IMG/VR virus record: IMGVR_UViG_3300012665_001507 | Source of the DNA: a virus | DNA: 64,000 nucleotides | Reading direction: 5' to 3' (one strand) | Shown: positions 1 to 8,552 of the stretch, one piece after another | How the letters are laid out: each line of letters begins with the position of its first letter | Numbering within the stretch: position 1 is the first letter of the stretch | Program-made: the position numbers and the translations under genes | The notes under the pieces: model-generated | What the model saw: the letters and a program-made list of their open reading frames with translations, nothing else | Told to the model about the DNA's origin: nothing | Databases searched by the model: none

Positions 1-547
1 CTGCCGAACCCAAAGATTTACATAATTCATAACCACCATCTTTTTTAACTACTAATTTACTAGCACATAAAGCATCACAGATATCATCATACGTCAAATC
101 ATTTTCAGCCCAGAATGGAGAAAACTCATCTGATTTACGATAAAGGTATTTAATTAAATCAATGGTTTCTTTTTTTAATTGGTCTTCACCCTCTTTTAAA
201 GAATATTTTTTAAATTCTGTATCAACTCTTTTTAAACCACCTTTTACTTTAGGTTCTTGTTCTTCGTTGATATTGTGCATTTTTCTAAACACTTCGTAGT
301 CGTAAACTAAATCTTGACCGAAAGCATACACACCAATGTCTTTTTTACCACTAGGGTAAATAGCCCAAACATATTGGTATTTATTATTACCTAACATGAA
401 TGGTTCTTCACCAGACATATCTTTGTAGTATTCAACATAGGGTGCGTTATTTTCACCCACATTTTCTTTGATTAAACCAGAAGCAAAAATTCTATTATAT
501 TGTTCTTTGGTTATTTTCAACTTGCCTTTATTTGAATTATTATTCAT
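1..547 (-). CDS. Hypothetical protein, truncated by the left window edge; possible head-internal protein
   Basis: Not in the ORF track. Hand translation from the ATG at 547 gives an open frame to the edge: MNNNSNKGKLKITKEQYNRIFASGLIKENVGE...HNINEEQ...YSLKEGE. Starts 3 nt after the stop of 551..802. Confidence 0.8.
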   Translation of the reverse strand, partial: MNNNSNKGKLKITKEQYNRIFASGLIKENVGENNAPYVEYYKDMSGEEPFMLGNNKYQYVWAIYPSGKKDIGVYAFGQDLVYDYEVFRKMHNINEEQEPKVKGGLKRVDTEFKKYSLKEGEDQLKKETIDLIKYLYRKSDEFSPFWAENDLTYDDICDALCASKLVVKKDGGYELCKSLGSA

Positions 548-550
548 AGT

Positions 551-802
551 TTAGTTTGTTTTGTTACTTAAATTATCTCTCCAAAAACTCTTTTTGGTCC
601 AAAGAGCTTTAAATAATTGAGTCAACACATTTTTAGTGATTTCAACTACCTTATCTTCAAGTTCTTTTTCGTTTTTAAGCCTATCTTTAACTATCTTCTC
701 AACCTTTGTTTTAAAGGCATCACTATCCATATAGACTTTAATTTCTTTGGATACCTCAACCTTACTAAGGTTTTCGTTAATTTTTTTGTTGCTTTCGGCC
801 AT
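551..802 (-). CDS. Hypothetical helical protein
   Basis: 83-aa ORF, TATTTATA motif 14 nt upstream, in line with flanking genes. Confidence 0.75.
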   Translation of the reverse strand: MAESNKKINENLSKVEVSKEIKVYMDSDAFKTKVEKIVKDRLKNEKELEDKVVEITKNVLTQLFKALWTKKSFWRDNLSNKTN

Positions 803-816
803 TATGATGTTTTTAT

Positions 817-824
817 TATAAATA
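817..824 (-). promoter_or_regulatory. TATTTATA candidate late promoter
   Basis: Plus-strand TATAAATA; the same motif recurs just upstream of many structural genes. Confidence 0.6.
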
Positions 825-835
825 TTAAGAATAAC

Positions 836-860
836 AAAAAAAGCCCTATTACAGGCTTTT
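836..860 (-). terminator. Intrinsic terminator
   Basis: Minus-strand AAAAGCCTGTAATAGGGCTTTTTTT hairpin plus U-tract downstream of 881..1519. Confidence 0.7.
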
Positions 861-880
861 ATTTATTGTGTTATAAATAC

Positions 881-1519
881 TTATTTGATGTCAATGTCAT
901 ATGGGGTAATTATAACCCTATAATTATACATCTCGTTATCTGGATTACCATAACTCATAGTTTCACAGTCAATTCTTGTAATACAACAACTTTTTAACAC
1001 AAAACGTTTACACGAAATGTTTTTTGCATCTAATTGTTCAACTACCATGTCAAATTTACCATATTCTTTGAACATTGAATGAATCAAAGGTAATTTAGGG
1101 TTCTTCACAGAATCAACCATTTTTAGTTCTAAGTCACTAGTGTGGAATTCAATTCTACCCCATTTTTTTGTGACCGACATAATTGGTAATTTAATATCAG
1201 TAACTAGATATGGTTCAATTTTAAGTTCTTCTGGAAAAATAACCAAAAATCTATGTTTTAATATTGGTTCAAAGTTTTGAGGAACGTTATAAAAATCTTC
1301 TTTTTTCCATATACCCAATAATGGGTTTGGTTCACCCGTCAATTCTTCGTATAATGGATTTGGTTCACCCGTATTAGGGTCAAACAACGGAACATCTTTT
1401 TTAATTGCTGGGCGTGGTGGTGGTGGTGCTTGTCTACCTTTACCATCACTTTTCTTTACGTTGCTTTTTGTTTTACCTTCTTTTATTGGTGAAGGTTTAA
1501 TAGGAAACTCTTTTTTCAT
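881..1519 (-). CDS. Divergent tail-tube (T4 gp19-like) paralog with Pro/Lys-rich N-terminal extension
   Basis: C-terminal 135 aa (FEPILKHRFLVIFP...DMVVEQLD...RFVLKSCCIT...MSY) follow the pattern of myovirus tube proteins; the N-terminus is low complexity with a TGEPNPL duplication. Confidence 0.5.
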   Translation of the reverse strand: MKKEFPIKPSPIKEGKTKSNVKKSDGKGRQAPPPPRPAIKKDVPLFDPNTGEPNPLYEELTGEPNPLLGIWKKEDFYNVPQNFEPILKHRFLVIFPEELKIEPYLVTDIKLPIMSVTKKWGRIEFHTSDLELKMVDSVKNPKLPLIHSMFKEYGKFDMVVEQLDAKNISCKRFVLKSCCITRIDCETMSYGNPDNEMYNYRVIITPYDIDIK

Positions 1520-1521
1520 AA

Positions 1522-1980
1522 TTATAATAATAAAACTAATATTGGAAGAACAATAGCACCAACAAAACCTAATGTTTTAAGTCTTTTTTGTTTTCTAATT
1601 TCTTTCTTTTGGTCTTCAATTGTGTTATTTAAGATAGCAACTTCTTCATCTTTATTCGCTATCATTTTTTCTAAATTAATAACCTGTTGTGCTTGGTTAT
1701 CGCTTTTTTGTTGCATCGCTTTAATTTGTGATACTTGTAAGTCGATTGTATTTTGTTGTAATCCATCTCTTAACATGTAAACATTGACAAGGCTGTCAAC
1801 AATTTTTTTATCCAATACATCAGCCAATAATTTTTTAGCGTCTTTGATTTGGAATTGTACTAGTGTATCACCTTGTGCGGTAACCACTGTTGTAACTCTA
1901 GGTTTACTCTTCGAGATAGTCTGCGAAAGCGTTGGCAACACCGTTAGCAGACAAACCATTAACGTAAGTAGGTACTTCAT
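1522..1980 (-). CDS. Secreted coiled-coil protein with C-terminal membrane anchor (spanin-like candidate)
   Basis: Signal peptide MKYLLTLMVCLLTVLPTLS/Q, coiled coil, hydrophobic tail LGFVGAIVLPILVLLL; overlaps the upstream gene by 77 nt. Confidence 0.5.
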   Translation of the reverse strand: MKYLLTLMVCLLTVLPTLSQTISKSKPRVTTVVTAQGDTLVQFQIKDAKKLLADVLDKKIVDSLVNVYMLRDGLQQNTIDLQVSQIKAMQQKSDNQAQQVINLEKMIANKDEEVAILNNTIEDQKKEIRKQKRLKTLGFVGAIVLPILVLLL

Positions 1981-2263
1981 TTCTTTTCTTTTTTAAGTCG
2001 TTTAATTGTGATTGTGTTTGAGAAAGTTTTCTATTATTCTCAGTAATTTGTTTTTCTATACCGACAATAAAAGCATCTAATTTAATGTTTTCAGATTTTA
2101 AGCTGTCGTTCTTAGAAGCTAAAGCTTCGTTCTCTTTGTGTAACTCATCAATTTGTTTTTGATAGTCACTAGGGTCATTTTTTTGATATGCAAAAACAGC
2201 AATCACTAAAAGTATCCCTAAAATAATAATAAAAATTGACTTGATGTCTAATACTTTTTTCAT
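1904..2263 (-). CDS. N-terminal TM plus coiled-coil protein (i-spanin-like candidate)
   Basis: TM SIFIIILGILLVIAVFAY followed by about 70 aa of heptad coiled coil; overlapping-gene arrangement as in two-component spanins. Confidence 0.55.
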   Translation of the reverse strand: MKKVLDIKSIFIIILGILLVIAVFAYQKNDPSDYQKQIDELHKENEALASKNDSLKSENIKLDAFIVGIEKQITENNRKLSQTQSQLNDLKKKRNEVPTYVNGLSANGVANAFADYLEE

Positions 2264-2751
2264 TAGTTTTCTTTTGGTCTATATTCGTTAGGTAATTTTT
2301 TTGACCACTCAAGTCTAAAGTTTTCATAGTATCCTTTTAACTTTTGTAGCAAAACACTGATATTGTCATTCAGTTCAATATCGTTCATACTAGTTTCAAC
2401 ATCACCAGCAGCTAAAGACATTTTAAAGGTAATACCAGTACCTTCTGATTCTTTATACTCCATTACACCATCAATGATTACATTTTCATCTGTTGGGAAA
2501 ATCTTAAAGCTAGTTATTTTAATTCTAGGGCTAACGGTGTCTCTTAATTTTTGTAATTCATCATTGAATACCGCATCACCAGCAACTGGTGTAATAACGT
2601 CATTAGCCTCATTTGGGTCAACCATATCATCAGTAATTGGTTCTTTGGCTACTTCTTCTTCTTCATTTTCTTTTAAAAGTGGTTTAAAACCACCTCTCAT
2701 GATGTCCATCATTCTTTTGGTCATATCATGTTCGTTGATACTTTCTTTCAT
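2263..2751 (-). CDS. Hypothetical protein with INE/LKE-type N-terminal segment
   Basis: 162 aa, coupled to both neighbours by stop/start overlaps. Confidence 0.75.
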   Translation of the reverse strand: MKESINEHDMTKRMMDIMRGGFKPLLKENEEEEVAKEPITDDMVDPNEANDVITPVAGDAVFNDELQKLRDTVSPRIKITSFKIFPTDENVIIDGVMEYKESEGTGITFKMSLAAGDVETSMNDIELNDNISVLLQKLKGYYENFRLEWSKKLPNEYRPKEN

Positions 2752-3356
2752 ATTTCTTCTAGTTTATTTTTAAATTCACCACAGTCCCATGATGGGTTTA
2801 AATCTGTATAATGTTTTTCAATGTTACTCTTATAAATCACACCTTGAAAATTTGATAACGATTCGACTTTTGTATTGTGACCGATAGCTTCAAGCGGTAT
2901 GTAAAATTCATCACATAAATTTTTAACTAGCTCTAAGGCTGAATTAAATTGTGCTTGCGTATGCGGTGCCCAATAACGATAGTTTCTCCATCTTTTATCA
3001 AAAACTTCATTTGGTTTATTATAAATATCGCCAATCCATGTAATGAACTGATTTTTTTCCTCATCTTTTATTAACCACCCATCATTCTCTAAAAGTATAA
3101 CAATTGATTTGGTATCTTGCTCCAATCTACCGAAAAATTTAGAATGATGTTTAGGTTCAAAATGCTTATAAATAACACCAGCCGCATCTATAGTAAATGC
3201 AGCTGTTTTTTTATAATTGCCATTGTGCCTGTTTTGCCAACCAATGAAATGTTGCATGTCATGATTGAAGGTACTTGCTAAAACTATTTGAGTTTTGATA
3301 CACTCTATTGGCACATAATTGTTTTCATTTAAAACATAGTCTTCATTAATATTCAT
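2748..3356 (-). CDS. N-acetylmuramoyl-L-alanine amidase (Amidase_2)-like protein, catalytic residues degenerate
   Basis: KTQIVL..T, AFTID..G.I, SIVI, TQAQF.S..EL...L and terminal TD..P pattern of phage type-2 amidases. Confidence 0.6.
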   Translation of the reverse strand: MNINEDYVLNENNYVPIECIKTQIVLASTFNHDMQHFIGWQNRHNGNYKKTAAFTIDAAGVIYKHFEPKHHSKFFGRLEQDTKSIVILLENDGWLIKDEEKNQFITWIGDIYNKPNEVFDKRWRNYRYWAPHTQAQFNSALELVKNLCDEFYIPLEAIGHNTKVESLSNFQGVIYKSNIEKHYTDLNPSWDCGEFKNKLEEI

Positions 3357-4621
3357 TAATCACGTCTAAAAATAACTTTGTTATTGTCACCGTCTTTAAC
3401 AATTTTGTTTGAACCAATTCGTTCCACCATATTGTTAGATTTTGGTTCTGGCACTTTAACAGAAAAACCTCTGTTACCTTCTTTGATTTCTTTGATATCT
3501 TCTAACTCAATTTTACCCTTGGCGATAACTGGTTCTTTTTTAGGAGTGATTTTTTCTTGTTTTACTCCCTCATTTACTCCCTCATTTACTCCCTCATTTG
3601 CACCCTCATTTGCAGCATCACTTACAGCATCACTTACAACATCACTTACAGCATCATCTTTTAATTCTTCGACAATATTTTTTAATAGTTCTTTTGTCGT
3701 ATCTTTTTTAGAAGATAATTTAGATGCCGTTTCAGTTACCTTGTTTTTAAGATGACTCAACCATTTTTTATCTCTAACTCTTTTAGTTTTTGGTGTTTCA
3801 ACAATATGTACTTCTTCTTCCACGCTATTACCAGTTTCTAACATAAAAACCTTATTTGTTATAAGAATCAACGCAACAGCTAATGGGTCAAAGACAAAGA
3901 TTAATAACAATATCATATAATTAACCACATTGGCCATAGGAACACCTGTAAGCTCAGATATATACTTCAACGGACCAACTTCACCAGCAACATCACTACT
4001 AGCTTTCATTTCTAACCCTTTTACATTATATGCACTAATTGAATCGGACAACACAGAATTTTTAGCGTTTAATTCATCAATATCTAAAGTTAATTTTTGA
4101 ATCTCTGAGTTAGCACTAGCAATATCACCTCTCACGCTATTTCTAGCTCTATTAGATGTTGAGCCATCTAAACGTGATTCTTGATTTGTTCTAAGGTTAG
4201 ATAATTGGTCTAAACGTTTTGTTTTAGTATCTATGATTTTTTGATTATCAGCAACACTTTTTTCAAACACAGCTTTTTTACCATCCAAAACACCTAATTC
4301 TCCTTCGTGTATTTCTAACTTATTCGCTGTTTTTTGATATGCATTTGAAAGGAATCCGTAAATACCAGCTGATGTAATCAACATAAGGACACCAACACTA
4401 ACCGTTAAGTATATTCTAAGACCTTTGGCTAATTTATGCCAATATGTGTGTAACGCTGTTGTTGTAACAATCTTACCTAGTTCTAGAATAGATGCCATTA
4501 TGATAACAGCAGTACTAGCACCCGCAAATAACTGACTAAGACCCCACACTGAAAAGTATGCAGCACATCCAGCAACTGATAGGGCCAAAATTAACATTAT
4601 GTATCTAAGCTTAAATTTCAT
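3356..4621 (-). CDS. Multi-pass membrane protein with long coiled coil
   Basis: Three N-terminal hydrophobic helices, coiled coil, a fourth TM (YMILLLIFVFDPLAVALILI) and a charged tail. Confidence 0.75.
   Translation of the reverse strand: MKFKLRYIMLILALSVAGCAAYFSVWGLSQLFAGASTAVIIMASILELGKIVTTTALHTYWHKLAKGLRIYLTVSVGVLMLITSAGIYGFLSNAYQKTANKLEIHEGELGVLDGKKAVFEKSVADNQKIIDTKTKRLDQLSNLRTNQESRLDGSTSNRARNSVRGDIASANSEIQKLTLDIDELNAKNSVLSDSISAYNVKGLEMKASSDVAGEVGPLKYISELTGVPMANVVNYMILLLIFVFDPLAVALILITNKVFMLETGNSVEEEVHIVETPKTKRVRDKKWLSHLKNKVTETASKLSSKKDTTKELLKNIVEELKDDAVSDVVSDAVSDAANEGANEGVNEGVNEGVKQEKITPKKEPVIAKGKIELEDIKEIKEGNRGFSVKVPEPKSNNMVERIGSNKIVKDGDNNKVIFRRD
3561..3657. repeat. 12-bp in-frame tandem repeats (DAVS/DVVS grading into NEGA/NEGV)
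   Basis: tttactccctca x3 and (a)gcatcacttac-type units directly visible. Confidence 0.85.
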
Positions 4622-4637
4622 ATTTCTTTGTTTTTAC

Positions 4638-4645
4638 TATAAATA
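4638..4645 (-). promoter_or_regulatory. TATTTATA candidate late promoter for the lysis-like cluster
   Basis: 16 nt upstream of the ATG at 4621, just after a terminator. Confidence 0.6.
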
Positions 4646-4655
4646 TCCTTATGAC

Positions 4656-4680
4656 AAAAAAAGGGTCCTAAAACCCTTTT
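4656..4680 (-). terminator. Intrinsic terminator after the sigma gene
   Basis: AAAAGGGT-N6-ACCCTTTTTTT on the minus strand. Confidence 0.75.
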
Positions 4681-4682
4681 CT

Positions 4683-5513
4683 TTATTCATTCATTAACAT
4701 TTGTAAACCTTGTGCGTTATGTCTTAACTTACGGATAGCCTTTTCTTTGATTTGACGGATTCTTTCTTTTGTTAACCCATACTTCTCACCAATTGCCTCC
4801 AACGTCATTGACTCACATTCTGTATCAATCCCGAAATAACTTTCAATTATCATTCGCTCCCTATTATCCAAGATTGCTAATGTTTTAGTTAATTCGTCTT
4901 TTATTTTTTCCGTTATTTCTAGTTCATCAACATCGATTGTTTCTCCTGGAATTAATTCGATTAATTCATCACCATCTTCATTGATTAACTGATTTAAAGA
5001 AATTGCTTTAGGAAAACTTAAAGTTGCAGCGATTTGAGTTTCACCTCTTAAAATCTCACCAAAAACTGGCTCTCTTTCATTATCGTTTTCGAATCTAGAA
5101 ATCTCTTTATTCATTTTTGTTATCTTGTTGATAACGTTGGCTGGTAATCTAACAACCCTAGCGTTATCATTTAGACCTTGTATAATGGATTGTTTAATCC
5201 ACCAAACAGCATATGAGATAAACCTAAAACCTCTGTTGTGGTCAAATCTACTCGCTGCTTTAATTAAACCATAATTACCCTCACTAATCAAGTCGCATAA
5301 CGGTAAACCTTGGTTTTGATATTCTTTTGCAATTGAAACGACAAACTTTAAATTTGCGTTTACTAATTCTTCGGTGGCTTTAGAGTCACCCTCTTTGATT
5401 CTTTTTGCTAAATTAACTTCCTCTTCTGGAGTTAATAATACTGATTTTCTTACTTCCTTAAAATATTTTGCGATGCTATCATCTGTTTCAAAATTTGTAA
5501 ATTTTTTGTTCAT
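4683..5513 (-). CDS. RpoD-family sigma70 factor lacking region 1.1 (Bacteroidota primary-sigma-like)
   Basis: ANLKFVVSIAKEYQNQGL, DLISEGNYGLIKAA, FDHNRGFRFISYAVWWIKQSI, RVVRLP, TLEAIG...LTKERIRQIKEKAIRKLR: regions 1.2, 2, 3 and 4. Confidence 0.95.
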   Translation of the reverse strand: MNKKFTNFETDDSIAKYFKEVRKSVLLTPEEEVNLAKRIKEGDSKATEELVNANLKFVVSIAKEYQNQGLPLCDLISEGNYGLIKAASRFDHNRGFRFISYAVWWIKQSIIQGLNDNARVVRLPANVINKITKMNKEISRFENDNEREPVFGEILRGETQIAATLSFPKAISLNQLINEDGDELIELIPGETIDVDELEITEKIKDELTKTLAILDNRERMIIESYFGIDTECESMTLEAIGEKYGLTKERIRQIKEKAIRKLRHNAQGLQMLMNE

Positions 5514-5557
5514 TAAACTGTTTCATTTTACTCTTCTTTTGTTATGTTTCAACAATA

Positions 5558-5588
5558 CAAATATACGACAAAAAGCCAATAAAGTCAA
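5558..5588 (-). promoter_or_regulatory. Bacteroidota-type -33/-7 promoter upstream of the sigma gene
   Basis: TTG-N20-TATATTTG. Confidence 0.75.
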
Positions 5589-5601
5589 GACTTTTCGGCA
5601 T

Positions 5602-6135
5602 TTATTTTGCCAATAAAGGCAATATTTTTTTGTCGTAATCAGTCATATTTTCTAAACCATTATCCATAATTTGGTTTATCAAATCTTCCTTTTCTTTTTT
5701 AGTCATTGTCTCAATTTCAGACTCGCTGATTACCACTTCCTCTTTTTTAATTTCATTTTCAATAACAGCGTCTTCAATTTCTGCTGTGTTATGAGGATGT
5801 GGTTGAGAAACCAATGCTTTTAAAAACTCAATTGTTTTTGTGTCAAGTTCATTATCGGTAGTTTGTTTAACAAACCCGAACAAACCTTCATGAACCTCTT
5901 TTTTGGTAATTAAATAACCAGAGCTCTTTGGGTCCAAATCGAACACCATGAAGCTTCTATTGTTTAATGTAAACCATGCTGATATTTCTTTAATATCAAC
6001 AAAAGAAGTAAACGTACCAATGATTATCCCTTTAGCATCCAATATGTTAGGTTTAGAATCGCTAATTTTTTCGATTTCTTTAACCGCACCATTGGTGTCT
6101 CCCATAATAATCACACAATAATTCTTAAATTTCAT
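5602..6135 (-). CDS. Hypothetical protein with short C-terminal helical motif (DUF6576-like)
   Basis: 177 aa; ends LINQIMDNGLENMTDYDKKIL, resembling the ILDKIxxxGxxSLTxxEKxxL motif. Confidence 0.65.
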   Translation of the reverse strand: MKFKNYCVIIMGDTNGAVKEIEKISDSKPNILDAKGIIIGTFTSFVDIKEISAWFTLNNRSFMVFDLDPKSSGYLITKKEVHEGLFGFVKQTTDNELDTKTIEFLKALVSQPHPHNTAEIEDAVIENEIKKEEVVISESEIETMTKKEKEDLINQIMDNGLENMTDYDKKILPLLAK

Positions 6136-6151
6136 ATATTGTTATTTTACA

Positions 6152-6182
6152 CAAAGATACGAATTTTATCTTGTAGTTGCAA
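6152..6182 (-). promoter_or_regulatory. Bacteroidota-type -33/-7 promoter
   Basis: TTG-N20-TATCTTTG. Confidence 0.75.
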
Positions 6183-8552
6183 CTATTTGATAGTTATTTT
6201 AGACATATTGTCTTTTTTCACAACAGTAATCATGTTATCACCCCAATCTTTTACCAAGTCGTTATGGGTAATAAAGAAAACAATTTCGTACATATCTTTT
6301 ATCTTATCAAAGAGTGTTTTCAGTTTTTCTAAGTTTTCTGGTGCTACTTTACCTAGAACTTCGTCAAATGTGATAAAGTTTGGCATCGGTAACGTAGATA
6401 ATTTACCTAACACCGCTCTAAGTGCAAGACTGGCAGCTGTCTTTTCAAAACCAGACCCAGACTTTAACAATTTAGAAACCTCATCTTTTACAATCAAAAA
6501 CTGAACATCATTCTTATCATTCATAAATATCTCGATATCGAAATCTACAACGTCTTCTAACAATCTTTGTGCTTCAGAATTGATAATTGGTAGCACTGAA
6601 CGCAAAACAAGTTTACTAATACCTTTCTTCCCAACCAATTCAATATAGATTTTAAAGATTTTATCAATCTCTTCTTCTTTCTTGATGGTCTCAATTAATT
6701 TAGTCTTAGTAACAATACTTGTTCTATGTGATTGAATATCTGTCTGTACTCTTTGTGTATGTGTAAGAGTTTGTTCTTTTGTATGCTCACAAACAGCCAA
6801 TTTTGTTTTTATGTTGATGACTTCAATCTCAACTTTTTTGTTAAATTCGATGGCATCCAGATTAAGCTGGTATTTTTTAAGGTCGTTTTTCTTAGCTATT
6901 ACGTCATTTCGTAATGAACCCATTTCAACATCCATTCTATCAACACTTAACTCTAATTTGTTTTTGTTATCTACTTGTGTTTTGTTTTCGTTTAAAACTG
7001 TCAATTCAGCAGACAACGATTTCAACACCTTATCAATACCCAATACTTCTTGTCTTAATTTTTCAATATCCAACTCATGTTTAGCAATATGTGCTGAGTT
7101 ATCAACATCGTCTAATTTTCTATTACACGATTGACAAATACCACCAGCAATCAAACCAGAGACAACTTTTTCAAGTCTAGTAACTTCTGCTTCTTTTAAC
7201 GCTTTGTTTGTTGTGTTTGTATTAAACTCTTTGGTCAAGGCCAAGTGTTTATCTTCATCAAAATCGGTTTCACCGATTGCAACTATTTTAACTTTTAACC
7301 CAGCAACATTCTCTTTAAGTTCAACACCTTTCTCAATTAGTTTAGCAACCTCACCTTCCAATTTTTCTGGGTTTAACTCAGAAATAGTCACATCAATCTT
7401 TTCCTTGCTGTTGATATAAGCATCTTTGCTATCAGTAAGTGTTTGGATTTCAGTCTTAGTATCTTCTAACTTTTGTTTTAATTCAACCTCCAACTCTTCA
7501 CTTAAAATAATTTTATCGTTGTGGTCGTCAATTTCTTCACTTAAAGTAATAACATCGTACTCATTAGATTTTTTCTTTCTAGCGAATTCATTATACATTT
7601 CCCTAGCAGCTTTTTCTTTAAGTTCTAGAATTTCTAGACCAATAAGTCTTGTAAGTACTTTTCCAGATTCAGTAGTTGTCAAACCGATAAGGTCATCCAA
7701 GTTTTTCTCTGTTGCAAGCACCAACATCTCAAAATCCTTCTCACTGCCTATGGTTTCTTTAAGTTTTTTTGTTGTTTGGGTAGCGTCTTCTTCGTTTAGT
7801 TCTTCTTCTTCACCATCTGGAAGTATTCGATAATAATTAACCTTGTTGGTAACTGTCCAACCACCATCTTTTTTTGCCGAACGTCTCATTTTACGCTCAA
7901 TAATAGTTTCTTCACCTTCAATATCAATCATACCACGTACTACCAACTCGTTTTTATCACTATATGTGTTAAAAATTTGTTCATTGGTATCTGTTTTGGT
8001 TGTATTACCATGTAGTAAAAACTTAATAGCATCAATTGTAAGTGTAGTTTTACCACCTTGATTAGCTGGAATAGAGTTTACAACTGTTAAACCTTTCATT
8101 TTACTGAAAGGAACATAATTACTCTCCCCAAATGATAAGAAATTATCAATCATAATCCATTTGATGGACCAACTTCTATGAGCAGCTTGTGTTAAATCAA
8201 CATTTAATTCACCGTTTACCTTATCATCTAACGCAACGATACGATTAAAGTCAACATTCTTACTCTCTCTAGTAATTAGTTCCTTCATAAGGGCTCTTTG
8301 ATAGTTAACATCCATGATGTTTTCTATACCAGCACCTGTAATCTCAATTGCATCACCACTAGCATTAAATCTAACAGGTCTATAAACAATGGTGATGTTA
8401 TTTTTTTGAACACCATACTTGCTAGCAATTTGATTCCTAATCTTATTCTTAGCTTCTTTGCTGTAGTTATGTGGTTGGTCATCCCAATATACCTTAACTT
8501 TAGAGTATGGGGATATTAATGTACTATTTGCGGTATCTGTATTATTCGCCAT
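6183..8552 (-). CDS. Rad50/SbcC (T4 gp46-like) ATPase with about 125-aa N-terminal extension
   Basis: NFLSFG, Walker A NQGGKTT, zinc hook CQSC, signature SGFE, Walker B ITFDEV, ITHN, long coiled coils. Confidence 0.92.
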   Translation of the reverse strand: MANNTDTANSTLISPYSKVKVYWDDQPHNYSKEAKNKIRNQIASKYGVQKNNITIVYRPVRFNASGDAIEITGAGIENIMDVNYQRALMKELITRESKNVDFNRIVALDDKVNGELNVDLTQAAHRSWSIKWIMIDNFLSFGESNYVPFSKMKGLTVVNSIPANQGGKTTLTIDAIKFLLHGNTTKTDTNEQIFNTYSDKNELVVRGMIDIEGEETIIERKMRRSAKKDGGWTVTNKVNYYRILPDGEEEELNEEDATQTTKKLKETIGSEKDFEMLVLATEKNLDDLIGLTTTESGKVLTRLIGLEILELKEKAAREMYNEFARKKKSNEYDVITLSEEIDDHNDKIILSEELEVELKQKLEDTKTEIQTLTDSKDAYINSKEKIDVTISELNPEKLEGEVAKLIEKGVELKENVAGLKVKIVAIGETDFDEDKHLALTKEFNTNTTNKALKEAEVTRLEKVVSGLIAGGICQSCNRKLDDVDNSAHIAKHELDIEKLRQEVLGIDKVLKSLSAELTVLNENKTQVDNKNKLELSVDRMDVEMGSLRNDVIAKKNDLKKYQLNLDAIEFNKKVEIEVINIKTKLAVCEHTKEQTLTHTQRVQTDIQSHRTSIVTKTKLIETIKKEEEIDKIFKIYIELVGKKGISKLVLRSVLPIINSEAQRLLEDVVDFDIEIFMNDKNDVQFLIVKDEVSKLLKSGSGFEKTAASLALRAVLGKLSTLPMPNFITFDEVLGKVAPENLEKLKTLFDKIKDMYEIVFFITHNDLVKDWGDNMITVVKKDNMSKITIK

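Noticed and set aside
872-879. TATTTATA motif just after the 881 stop codon
   Set aside because: It points into a terminator 12 nt away with no gene between; may be chance in AT-rich DNA or a relic.
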